A stretch of 64,000 bases of DNA from Rubripirellula sp. GTDB lineage: Bacteria; Planctomycetota; Planctomycetia; Pirellulales; Pirellulaceae. Within the stretch, counting starts at the first letter, position 1. Each line of letters opens with the position of its first letter. The stretch is taken from positions 5,312,001 through 5,376,000 of the forward strand of contig OZ244207.1 of the NCBI GenBank assembly GCA_965216875.1, in the 5' to 3' direction. Both the position numbers and the translations under genes were made by a program. Below, in pieces: positions 20,701 to 28,361 of this stretch. The notes under the pieces were generated by a model. It ran no database searches and had not been told where the DNA came from. It worked only from the letters and a program-made list of their open reading frames with translations.

Positions 20701-23700
20701 GCTTCGCGATCTACGTGTGTGCTCGAGCTCGCGTTGAGCTGTGCAACCAATCGAAACTCGCCGGGCAAGCCGGTCCCGGGATCGACGGGAGCGCGATAGA
20801 GACGACGCGACACAAAGTTCGAACCGTTGGGAACCAGCGGCAACTGGTTCAGCACAATGCCGCCGGTGGCACCGAGAGTGGCCGAAACGGTCGGTTGGCT
20901 GGCAGCCGATTCCAAACCATCGACGTCAACATTCGTCAGTCGATAAACATAGGTGCCTGGATCGATATCACCCACGACACTGGTCGTGAGGCGAACCAAC
21001 AGCGACGAAGGTGCCGACGATTGTAGGATTGGACCACCTGGCGTACCGCGAACAACCAAGTTCTCAGGCACGATGTGAGGAATGTCGGTATCGTCGAAGC
21101 GAGCCGCGGTCGTGATCGGCTCGAGGAATTCACCGGTCCGCGTCGCAACGCGAACAAACAATCCATTGAAGCTGTTGTCGGCAACCGTGTTGCCGAAGAT
21201 GTTTGGACCAACACGGGTGTAATCCGGCGTGAAGATCTCGGCAGCTTGGAACTCGGTGCTGGTGAAGCGAGTTTCTTCGAAAGTGTCTGGCGTCGCAGCG
21301 ATTGCGGCGTCAGCGCTTAGCGTGATTCGCGAGTTGATAATGGTCGGACGCGTGATCGCCATGTCGATAGGCGAAACAACCACCTGTTGACCACCGATCG
21401 AAACGCTACCACCACCGAAACGAATATCAGCGTTTTGGATGTGGTTAAGGAAGACGCCTTCGAGTTCGCGATTTCGACGCGACTCATCAGCCGTATCCAA
21501 GTCACCGCGGAAATCGATACCGCCCCAGTCGCCTGCACCCGCCGTCGGAGTAAAGACTGGCGAGTTGCCGGCACCGATGGTGTCGTCGTTGAAACTGGTC
21601 AGGTAGACGCTACCAGGAATGATCGCGTTCGTCGCATCACGTGCGGGCAAGCCGCTTGGCGTGATGATCGACGGCAGACCCAAGATTTGGAGAGCCGAAT
21701 CGCTCAGATCGATTTCTGGGGAAACACTTCCCACGCCGATTCGCGAACCGCTGAACTTCAACACAGCACCCGAATCGATGATGACTCGAACGCCCTGCGG
21801 CAAGTCCATCGTCGAACCGTCATCAAGCGGCAAGCCGTTGTTGTCGAATCCGATTTGATAGCTGAAGTTGTCTTGAACCGTTTCGACGCGATTGTCGATA
21901 CCGCCGTTGCCGACGATGCGGATCGTTGTGAAGCCAGGCTGCGCTGCTGCGCGAGCTAACGCGTCGTCGATTTCGTTGTATGGATTGCCAACCTGTCCAA
22001 AGAGCGAGAACGCTGGTGCGAGCACCTGGCCATCTGGAACCAAGTCTTGGGTTTGGCCATTGACGAACGGACCAGCAGCCTTGTCGACGTAAAGCGTGTT
22101 GTTGGCATCGTTCGGGACGAACCAAAAATCAAAAATGCCACCCGGACGATTGTCGCCATCGCCGTCCATCGGAACACCGGTCGTATCCGTGATCGCCGTT
22201 GTGATCGTGGGACGGAAGTCGAGCCGCAGTTCGTATTCGCCTTCGGTCAAACCACCGAAGCCGGAACCGACAATATTTGGATCGTAGTCGTCGTTGCCGC
22301 GAGCACTGACGCCGACGACGTAGTTGCCGGCCAAGACATCAATGTCGATCAGCGAATCGTTACTGAAGTAGTTGTCGTTCTGCGCGATCTCTGTAAACGA
22401 ACCGTCGGGGTTCTCTTGGTACAGACGCAGAGTCGTGTTCAACAGGCTTGGATCGCCCAATCGCTCTGCAAGCGTTTCGATCGCCAATCGACCAGGGGAA
22501 TCAAGTGTGAACTTGTAGAGGTCAATGTCGGTACTATCAGGGCGATAGAGGTATTGACCGTGAACAATGTCTGCAACGCTTGGGAAAGCGGGTTCGTTGT
22601 CCGTGCCCGGTGCGAAGATGAAGCTCGTACTTTGCGTCACAGGCTGGGGCAAGTCGTCGGCATAGCCGTAACCGAGCAATTGCCCAACGACAAACATGGC
22701 ACCGCGGAAGAATTCGCCGCCAAATTGGTCGTCGGTAGATTCGTCGAAGTCTTGGAAGTCCATCACTCCCAAGTCATCGATTCCGTCACCATCACGGTCG
22801 CGCGTGACGACAGCCAAGCCACCTGCACCGCTGGTCGCCGTTTCATCGCCACCATAGAGGTCGCCCACTGCGATCGAGATAAACGCGTCGCTGGTCGGTT
22901 CACCTTCGACTTCGACGAAGCTGATACCGAGATATTGGCTGTACAACTGCAACACTTCGCGAACACGCGTCTTCTGCTGTTCGCTGATGATGTTGAAGTA
23001 GGTCGTGTCTTCGAGAATGCCAGGACGGTTCGGGTCGTCGCCCAACCACGATGGCGCGAAGTTGTATTGGATGATCGAAATACCATCGACAACGTCAGCA
23101 CCGTTGCGGAGGTAGTCCAGCGGTACGGTACGATTGAGACGCGATGGATCGTCTGGGCGAATGTCGCGCGTTCCGGCCGCATCAGGACCTGGAAGGTCCA
23201 ATTCGAACGCCGTTTCGTTGAAGATCTCGGACGTCAAGCGAGCCGATTGAGTGGTGTTCGACCCAATCGTCCACTGCGTGTTCAAATCGAACGCGGTGCC
23301 AAACGAGTCGCCAGGCTCGATCGGGTTGTTCGGATCCTGGATCAACGAGACTTCCGTCGGCGGCGAAGGCAAGTTTTCGCTGGTGCCGATTCGTAGCCGC
23401 GCTGCACCTTCGTAGAACTGGGTCGGATTGCCGGCGATTGGAATCCGCGACAGCGGACGCTCAAAGTCAAGCGTCGCAATGTTGGTGATGTTGTTGTAGT
23501 CGACCGAAGCGGGATTGATGACCGCGTCATCAACGTTGCTGACCGTGTCACCGGTGAAGATCAACTGATAGAAGGAAGGATCTTCAGCCAGCGTTGGATC
23601 GAGATCGTCGTCATTGAAGTGAACTTCGACCTTGCCCGTTTCGGGGCTCAGCGCACCGGTGGTCGAGTTGCGGCGAATCGGCTCCGGAACAACCGCGACC

Positions 23701-24905
23701 ACTTGAGGGCCAAGGTTGATATTGAAGACACGCGTCAGATCTTCGCCGTCCTGGAACAACTCGCCATCGACGTTGCGAAGAGCAAACGGGCCAGTGCCAA
23801 GAATGTCGATCTGGTAAATGTCGTCCGGAAGTGGCTCTGCAAATCGGAAGACGACCTCACGTGACGAATCACCCAAGCCCACAAAACCGGGCTCGACAAC
23901 AACGTCACTGACACCACTTAGCGACAGCGGCGAGTAGGTGACTTCGCGATTACCGATTCGCGTTTCGATGTCGCCTTGCTCGTGATAAGCAAGCACAAGC
24001 TGCGATGCCTCGCGATTGCCATTGATCGCTGCAATCAGATCTTCGGCAGTCGTTTCGACCGTCGGAGCACTGTTGAGTTGGATGCGAATCGTTTGGTCGT
24101 TGACAACGACCACGGGATTGGCCTGGGCACCAAAGTTGCGTCGCTCGACTTGAATCTCAATCCCGCGTCCGTCGACGCCTGGAAGTTGAGACACCAATCG
24201 GACGGTCACTTCGCCCGCAGTATTGAAGTCGGTCACGGCTTGAGCCGCGTTGGCCCCGGTCAACGTCAACACGCGGCCATCAACATCTCGCGAACCAATG
24301 TCGCCAAGCGACGGACCGCTTACCTGGATCACCTCGAGCAAAGTCGATGCTTCCGGGTGGTTGGCGACCGCCGTCACCAAGTCGCGAACGCGCGTCACTC
24401 GGTTAGGGTTCGAATTCAGATCAATCGTGACCTGTTTGCCGTCGACCGAAATGTCTGGCAAGCTCGATCCAGCGCGGTCGGTGGTCGTGAACTCAACCTC
24501 GATCCCATTGCCGAGACTTCCGGGTTGAATCGCGCGGAACTCCAGCAACACCTCTCCATCGCTGGCCATGTCGGAAGTTGCCGTTGCCGATTCGAAGACA
24601 GCGTCATCACCCGCTCGGGTGATGCGAATCGACGAGAGCGAATCGGGATCGATGTCAGCATTGTCGTCAAAACGGAACACCAACTCGCGCGGTGAAACGC
24701 TCAACGTGGTGTTGTCGAACAGCAACGAGCCTTCGTTGGGTTGAATCCCAATCAAATCGGGACCAGCCAATAATTGGCGGTTCTCGAGTGTTTCGAGCAA
24801 CGAATGGCGTTTCTCACGCTTCTTACGCAGTCGATCACGCTCGGCGCGTTGATTCGAACGTGAAGCGGGCTGCGATAAGTTGCGCTGAGGATTTCGGAGG
24901 GTCAT
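8766..24905 (-). CDS. Giant (5,379 aa) secreted mosaic surface protein: export motif, inactive M10-like domain, PPC-like domains, beta-helix segments, nested repeats, GEVED and dockerin-like C-terminus
   Basis: KRHSLLETLENRQLLAGPD; several D(I/V)D.Y.F PPC-like units; WGGI(D/Y)/WNGV beta-helix motifs; DYGDAPAPY...YARFRLS...GEVED; DVNNSGFVSAIDAL...DVDGNSMVTINDA. Confidence 0.9.
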   Translation of the reverse strand: MTLRNPQRNLSQPASRSNQRAERDRLRKKREKRHSLLETLENRQLLAGPDLIGIQPNEGSLLFDNTTLSVSPRELVFRFDDNADIDPDSLSSIRITRAGDDAVFESATATSDMASDGEVLLEFRAIQPGSLGNGIEVEFTTTDRAGSSLPDISVDGKQVTIDLNSNPNRVTRVRDLVTAVANHPEASTLLEVIQVSGPSLGDIGSRDVDGRVLTLTGANAAQAVTDFNTAGEVTVRLVSQLPGVDGRGIEIQVERRNFGAQANPVVVVNDQTIRIQLNSAPTVETTAEDLIAAINGNREASQLVLAYHEQGDIETRIGNREVTYSPLSLSGVSDVVVEPGFVGLGDSSREVVFRFAEPLPDDIYQIDILGTGPFALRNVDGELFQDGEDLTRVFNINLGPQVVAVVPEPIRRNSTTGALSPETGKVEVHFNDDDLDPTLAEDPSFYQLIFTGDTVSNVDDAVINPASVDYNNITNIATLDFERPLSRIPIAGNPTQFYEGAARLRIGTSENLPSPPTEVSLIQDPNNPIEPGDSFGTAFDLNTQWTIGSNTTQSARLTSEIFNETAFELDLPGPDAAGTRDIRPDDPSRLNRTVPLDYLRNGADVVDGISIIQYNFAPSWLGDDPNRPGILEDTTYFNIISEQQKTRVREVLQLYSQYLGISFVEVEGEPTSDAFISIAVGDLYGGDETATSGAGGLAVVTRDRDGDGIDDLGVMDFQDFDESTDDQFGGEFFRGAMFVVGQLLGYGYADDLPQPVTQSTSFIFAPGTDNEPAFPSVADIVHGQYLYRPDSTDIDLYKFTLDSPGRLAIETLAERLGDPSLLNTTLRLYQENPDGSFTEIAQNDNYFSNDSLIDIDVLAGNYVVGVSARGNDDYDPNIVGSGFGGLTEGEYELRLDFRPTITTAITDTTGVPMDGDGDNRPGGIFDFWFVPNDANNTLYVDKAAGPFVNGQTQDLVPDGQVLAPAFSLFGQVGNPYNEIDDALARAAAQPGFTTIRIVGNGGIDNRVETVQDNFSYQIGFDNNGLPLDDGSTMDLPQGVRVIIDSGAVLKFSGSRIGVGSVSPEIDLSDSALQILGLPSIITPSGLPARDATNAIIPGSVYLTSFNDDTIGAGNSPVFTPTAGAGDWGGIDFRGDLDTADESRRNRELEGVFLNHIQNADIRFGGGSVSIGGQQVVVSPIDMAITRPTIINSRITLSADAAIAATPDTFEETRFTSTEFQAAEIFTPDYTRVGPNIFGNTVADNSFNGLFVRVATRTGEFLEPITTAARFDDTDIPHIVPENLVVRGTPGGPILQSSAPSSLLVRLTTSVVGDIDPGTYVYRLTNVDVDGLESAASQPTVSATLGATGGIVLNQLPLVPNGSNFVSRRLYRAPVDPGTGLPGEFRLVAQLNASSSTHVDREAEGTLALSDDDVVLRSRLDGRLSIDPGTVVKLKGSRIEARFGATLIAEGAPGRPIIFTSLDDQRYGGGGTFDTNGRGQSGQLTPGDWGGIYIGHGSSASIDNAVIAGGGGTTRIEGGFASFNALEVHQADLRLANTTFDQNADGRVDPNGTRVGRGDNATGTLFARASQPIIVGNDFADGDGPAMTFDINSLNALDVSDYGRATGRLDAVDVIGNSGPLIEDNSLTNNSINGLEVRGGELATEGVWDDVNIVHVVRDTIEVPNKHIFGGLRLQSDARGSLVVKFEDTNGDTAGIVVGGSLATAADQLRDIPDRIGGSLQLAGHPDFPVVLTTLADDFAGAGFTREGLPQVDTNNDGVIAGALSEQRLNASPGGSIGVGGPSFPVLPAGNEINRGNIIDNDVSTVEPGYFEATPGDGNEILASGVTVEDLTLGQLLINQNYIFAYRTYIETNGAVINLSASTITQPATLIADDVVESRGTFVGPNGTVTWVATSQFLDGVPVLFTGLELFADVGAELGDVRVISYLDEDVEGPSDDVLIVEGTPGQADFRALTIDSVRRVGFSHGGFYVEDGANLINATYAGWSADQFNDLEQAIIGGGAPFTVPGTIDLGDLPPDPNNPLQFGPNDVTTAFAWDTLSTANAATITSFLELIPADPEVIDRAGFNAIEPGLWNGVVVREAADDRNVAAIPEQEPVRTSVFNTNSIPSQSQFLGEIAPDLASGDENRRLGFIVDGALTQRNDIDVYSFIGESNTEVWLDIDRTSNSLDTVVELIDANGRVLASSNDSILAETDPNALFINTGINPEAARPLSVVPERLPVQDITVSESIVEATGELAVSIPGANDAIAVPVDTFLANPAEAIANALNLNYGADLGVVEATLLRRTPRQVDANDPNVIVRDGEDFVIRLRFDEDRFVGRSAPTVNVDTSAVLGAVVDASTAQTLTGAQIQDEFSTNPKDAGMRIQLPGEAGTRNLYHVRVRSANTQDPLDFATLNDPDRLQDGLSRGRYELQIRLQEADESPGTQVRLSDIRYATNGLQIIGQPFHSPLLGDEHETSADNDSLANAQPLGYFSVGEDATVSEAGPLQSDRLSKAFAGEISSATDVDWYRFEVTYENLTRDAAALHLSTVFDLDYASNFARSDMALYVFNAAGELILVGGDSNVADDLPGITDGNDTADLSRGSAGTEDPYIGATELAEGTYFVAVANQSQVPLPLDQFFNPNSANPLLRLEPIDSVQRIAEDRIGSTGGGTATGPTTPVLFDGDSIIEYSFDDTLLYVNTANGLLLVNPFTGQTYGTVGNFGLSGGELIRDIAFRANGELFAYSGYQNGIPGDANWFYRQISTEDGSAGAPISVGAGMTTHHDLVGDLILEANSDDGFIVEGIAIREFTNPLQQSDEVGFFIGSRPFERFGNFGALEYIRNVLYDFDDATGLSTGPVYDLDEQFPGAGTSRREVGQINTVAPQVGTATQLGITDATVINAAGIAVPSLVDGDRFTLTNLSETVTFEFDQGFTLLADGANPVRDGDAVFVNLGSGEVPFEFNTGERLVVDEAAPLGALNQGDRLTIEGVDGQTATFEFVRLDPATTGNIAIATVLPDGQAIPSDQIAANLAAAINANLFGLDAISNVNEVFFTGARPAQLTTSAGAGVTIEGDNTLLNAGAIGIDVSEDIAPELLIARLAAAMRGAGIPVSAKGTQLALPTASSVRVSPDPVTDPDIAPLTLSGTPGVTGSNVPILLLPTDTVDIIAQRITTAVQAEDDAGNLPDVAAIPDGHSLRITNGIISQATGNLVAGGVSPNIGNGDIPIVTGIELINSQLYAVTNRGGMFVVNASELDSNGNRQVGQYVRTATDLVGINFTGLRAGPVSVEDGSLQNLLFGITGNGDIYAFNTRGELQPVFAGNRSVISTGIAGAQGLDFSTMDFNLWHVTGQRGADPGHGINALHHGARPGSEGGNSLAFSYEASAFNGNYPSVVERPTFSPRVDGQGVEDTFNNPGGSKGVVQSNPFSLVGFGSDDQPTMYFNYFAENDGDNDRLRVYVITENGVEHLVASNTTRRGITDSDDEFDDPAQAGVYNDEIDVDVQQLFDNTGSWRQARIPLDEFAGEEGLMIRVEYSTGGSTNSSSDSVRALPGDLLVEGEQLVINGEAFTIDLAPTVTVPSGVELDQLFQDPNALATINIDGQAYTFNDGTRQIPPGHVEIDLLANVGIGITLSDLTADQVAVSLAEAVRLNPPTNPTISGVSFSDPSDDPNGLDQRNDLIFEATELPYDGTGNLTINGSGRVGSIDEFGVQTNLDDVDLLRVNVARGTTVGINATFDNVGALEPVIRFFDALGDEVNPVVNITTGMLQYTATVDGPIFIGISGTLNDNYDPRVPGSAVIGQTDSYTASIAINQPVSVMSDSNIVEVSGLTQIVATPSNLFSTSAQGNIEGLPIRVSRFMTADEVAAQAQHVIATRFTGGVLEKIPTSGSSIRLPGLQLDDSGPFANEADRYGELFGGGPLSGVADNNFEGIYLDDFIIGFAERGEIATDSNVVDQPFTTDLSPQFPVPADPTSNLLTGAYQVEIRDGSEYIDSLANTPFRTFDTNERMTESRTIVARSADQIRDGQTFSINDGRSTVTFEFDLVESGTGVTPGNVRIPFTLQALEPGSEQIDPITGEIVPGSGTIRPQTAPEVAQTIVDSINREDVQLVIEVPALRRSGVDGSTDATINLFADVLIEDATDALADVQRNSLRGDDNRERESQGIILVENSRFLFNENFGLDISHDVNAVVDGVTTPSAVRYARNLVELNTESLKPGVVVQSNVFSFNGTGGLQVSGFDPNLQESGNDPVPFERIVNNTFIGGSVQPGTTSPAATFEGILFEHGQLSFADAIASYLPDAGGAAPTLVHQTPDSALGAPDGVGRGPEPIDGTTEVSLGIRGSITVQFTDNLLTGSGDARPDLAIFETGAVESVRVEVSRDGLSFFEVGIIGGLTALLDIDAAGFDQQDRFAFVRLTDVGQGGNAGASLGADIDAVGALSTVPVDIFTPGGNAITINGNAAPALLNNVIANSDTGLAVDPNNDVANLVLGGNSYYRNTNDVSQGVPLGEFSQILADSESVFTAPAQLVFAPSAGASIIDSSIDSLEDRPSLTTVKNPLGLPPSPILAPRLDVNGQLRVDDPNVETPSGLGERVFKDRGASDRGDLEGPRAVLLSPMAPNIGTDAGVVSVFGDAPAFFEIQLIDGIAPADVTPGTGLDDQTVLSSSILLLKDNVALVEGIDYRFGYNPSTNVIRLTPIAGVWETDSTYLIRMIDDTDAIIAASEGVSYTDATRVNIVDQAGESTPFEYDTGVTISFSESLNGQFADGITLDIFDGAALVEFELDNTGDSDPDRIAIEIPEIGTADEIAQAVRDAIASIPALNLDVNVSGNVVQLQGTNSLAFAETNNQFVTIEGQVGTSIGYGIQIPADGARPDASIDDGDTFIVRRGAIQEVLFEIDVDGFLENDNAVAVGIPFNATLDDIADAIVRAVGGAGLGLSPENVGEGRVFIGGDITYSMDLTGSTLTQIGVPGDDPTVAIPVNIDESADLVARAIAQSIDDAALPGVLTTVVDTRVFVEGTGGVSGVGAVELVTISDEVGNQLQSNQPNGRTELVIFIGGGFDYGDAPAPYVTTDFDGGPRHRVDSTFAIGSVVSPESDAIIPDGDDGDGITHDALNRGFLANFDVRITNTDLARSVFYLDAWFDWNGDGEFEQVQRFGSAAARALPGGNSLGLLDNTGALIGVNVPDDAALGEVYARFRLSEQANLGPVGDASSGEVEDVRLVINNNPFQNPDLRHDVNNSGFVSAIDALQIINAITRFQNNGNPNAFGIDLADPPLPPNLPAFPDVDGNSMVTINDASQVITELGRLNNIVSTPSPELITGFVEATGGVFASSATVVGDVLINEALAENDQPEDEVSTIDGEQEDQVSVFDHPAVQALDSVVDAIAEDTANASDDDETSALDQLFASL

Positions 24906-25602
24906 CCAGGGGGCCTCGTCTAAATGCCACGAACGGGCAGTTGATACGTAGGGGTCGAGTTGTTTTCTTCAGCTTGTACGCCTGTCACCATCACCCTGTC
25001 TGATGCATCGCCCGCCAACTTGATCCGTCGATCAAGCCAAATGAGCGATTCGTCAGTGTGAAATGCCGGTGATTCAAAGCAATTTCGATAAGCAGGGGCG
25101 CCTAGGCAATTTGCGTAGACACGTGATTTGGAGTGTAGTTGGACCTGGCCGTTTCGCAACGAAATTCGTCTGTGGTACGGGGTTTAGGTCGGTTTAAGCC
25201 GAATGTTATGGTCGTCCGGGCACCCCGGACGGCAGCGATCTTTGATGGAGTGGCCTCGATAAAAGTTCCTCTCTTGCACGGTTTCCCCGAGCGTTGCTAA
25301 CGTCCAACCGTTAGACGGGCCCGCCAAGCCGATGCACGCCCCCCGTCAGCAGCTGTGATGAACGGAGTATTCCGAACCATCCGGACACCTCACCCCCCCA
25401 CCCGGAGTGTGGCGAACGGAACAATCAGCAGCGACGGATTTGGACGTGATTCAAGGATTTGGCGGACCATGACTCGCTTTTGGTCAAACCATTGGTCAGG
25501 AAGACTCATCTCATGACCCCTTCGACGCGCATGGCACGAAAAATCGTTTCAGCCGCCCCAGTTTCAATCGAAATTGCCAGTCACCCCCATGGCAGAGGCA
25601 TC

Positions 25603-26322
25603 ATGAAGGCCCCGCTGATTGGGATTCTCGCGATTTGTGTGGCAACCATTTGCGGTGGGTGCCGTTTTGCCTCAAACGGCCAAAACTCAGTCGGCGCCCA
25701 GCTGTACGAACAGGGGCAATACACCGCTGCACTTCAGCATTTCCAAAAGGCACTCGACAACGATCCAACCGATCCTGATTCCTATTACAACATGGCGGCC
25801 AGCAAGCACCGGCTTGGCGTCCAGCGCGGTGATTCGCAGCTGATCAGCGAAGCGGAAGCTCTGTACAACCAATGCCTTGATTTTGCGCCCGATCATGTGG
25901 AATGTCACCGTGGACTTGCCGTCCTCCTTTCCGACACCGGCCGACCGGACAAAGCGTTCCTGCTGATGAAGAATTGGGCAGCGGAAAACCCGCAATTCGC
26001 TGAGCCACGCGTGGAGCTGGCCCGACTGTATGAGGAAGCCAACGACCCTCAGCAGGCCCTGAAAAACCTTGAAGACGCCGTTCAGATCGATGGCAACAAC
26101 GCGCGAGCTTGGCTTGCCCTTGGCCAGCTGCGTCACAAACAAGGCGACCTGATTCAGGCAAAGAGCAACTACGAAATGTCCTTGGCCCTGAACAACCAAT
26201 CAGCCTCCGAGCGGATCGCGGCGGTCAATCGCGAAATCACCGCCCGCAACAACGCGGCCATCTCGACCGGCACACAGATCGCCGCACCGGCCAGCTTCCA
26301 AAGCGGCATCATTCGTCGCTAG
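25603..26322 (+). CDS. TPR-repeat protein, probable lipoprotein
   Basis: MKAPLIGILAICVATICGGC has a lipobox-like end. Multiple TPR-like helices follow (AL.HFQKAL..DP.D.DSYYN; AWLALGQL). Start moved to ATG 25603. Confidence 0.8.
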   Translation: MKAPLIGILAICVATICGGCRFASNGQNSVGAQLYEQGQYTAALQHFQKALDNDPTDPDSYYNMAASKHRLGVQRGDSQLISEAEALYNQCLDFAPDHVECHRGLAVLLSDTGRPDKAFLLMKNWAAENPQFAEPRVELARLYEEANDPQQALKNLEDAVQIDGNNARAWLALGQLRHKQGDLIQAKSNYEMSLALNNQSASERIAAVNREITARNNAAISTGTQIAAPASFQSGIIRR

Positions 26323-26533
26323 TCACCTGGCCCGACTGCTTCTTGAAGGGCTCTGTGCCGTCCGCACCTCGTGCTGGGCGGGAAAAACGCCTAATATGCC
26401 TCGCCAGCCGCCCCTCCAACCGGGCGGCTTTCGTTGCTTGGCAAACCTGCCACCGGCAAATGGTGTCTGGTCCATCAATCGGCAACCCAATCCAAATCTC
26501 CGTTTTCGTCCTCCAGCCCAAACTTCCCCTCTG

Positions 26534-28162
<1,629 letters not shown>

Positions 28163-28193
28163 CGACGCGTTTCGGAAGCTCCACGTCACCGTC

Positions 28194-28302
28194 GTTTGTA
28201 GTCCAGCCTTTAGGCGGTCCGTGAGAAGATTCCGGCTGAAGCTCGGTACTACGAACTAGGCGGTCCGTGAGAAGATTCCGGCTAAAGCTCGGTACTACGA
28301 AC
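28194..28302 (+). repeat. REP/REPIN-like palindrome, family A, with a 46-bp tandem duplication
   Basis: gtttgtagtccagcctttaggcgg...ccggctgaagctcggtactacgaac. Bases 28211-28256 are repeated at 28257-28302 with one mismatch. Confidence 0.85.
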
Positions 28303-28317
28303 GGCCTCGGTGCAAGG

Positions 28318-28342
28318 CCCGACGCTAGCGCGTTCGGCTCAC
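28318..28342 (-). repeat. Short REP-like element, family C
   Basis: cccgacgctagcgcgttcggctcac resembles ccggccgcttacgcgttcacggctcac at 62411-62437. Confidence 0.55.
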
Positions 28343-28361
28343 GAAAGACGCGGACACCGAT

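Noticed and set aside
26396..26533. N-terminal extension of GlyRS, or a riboswitch/T-box leader containing ggcaaacc
   Set aside because: Homology starts at MKSMEK (26534). The remaining c-di-GMP-I or T-box consensus elements are not visible.
28211..28302. Direct repeats as a possible CRISPR array
   Set aside because: There are only two contiguous 46-bp copies, with no unique spacers and no cas genes. They are part of a REP-like element.
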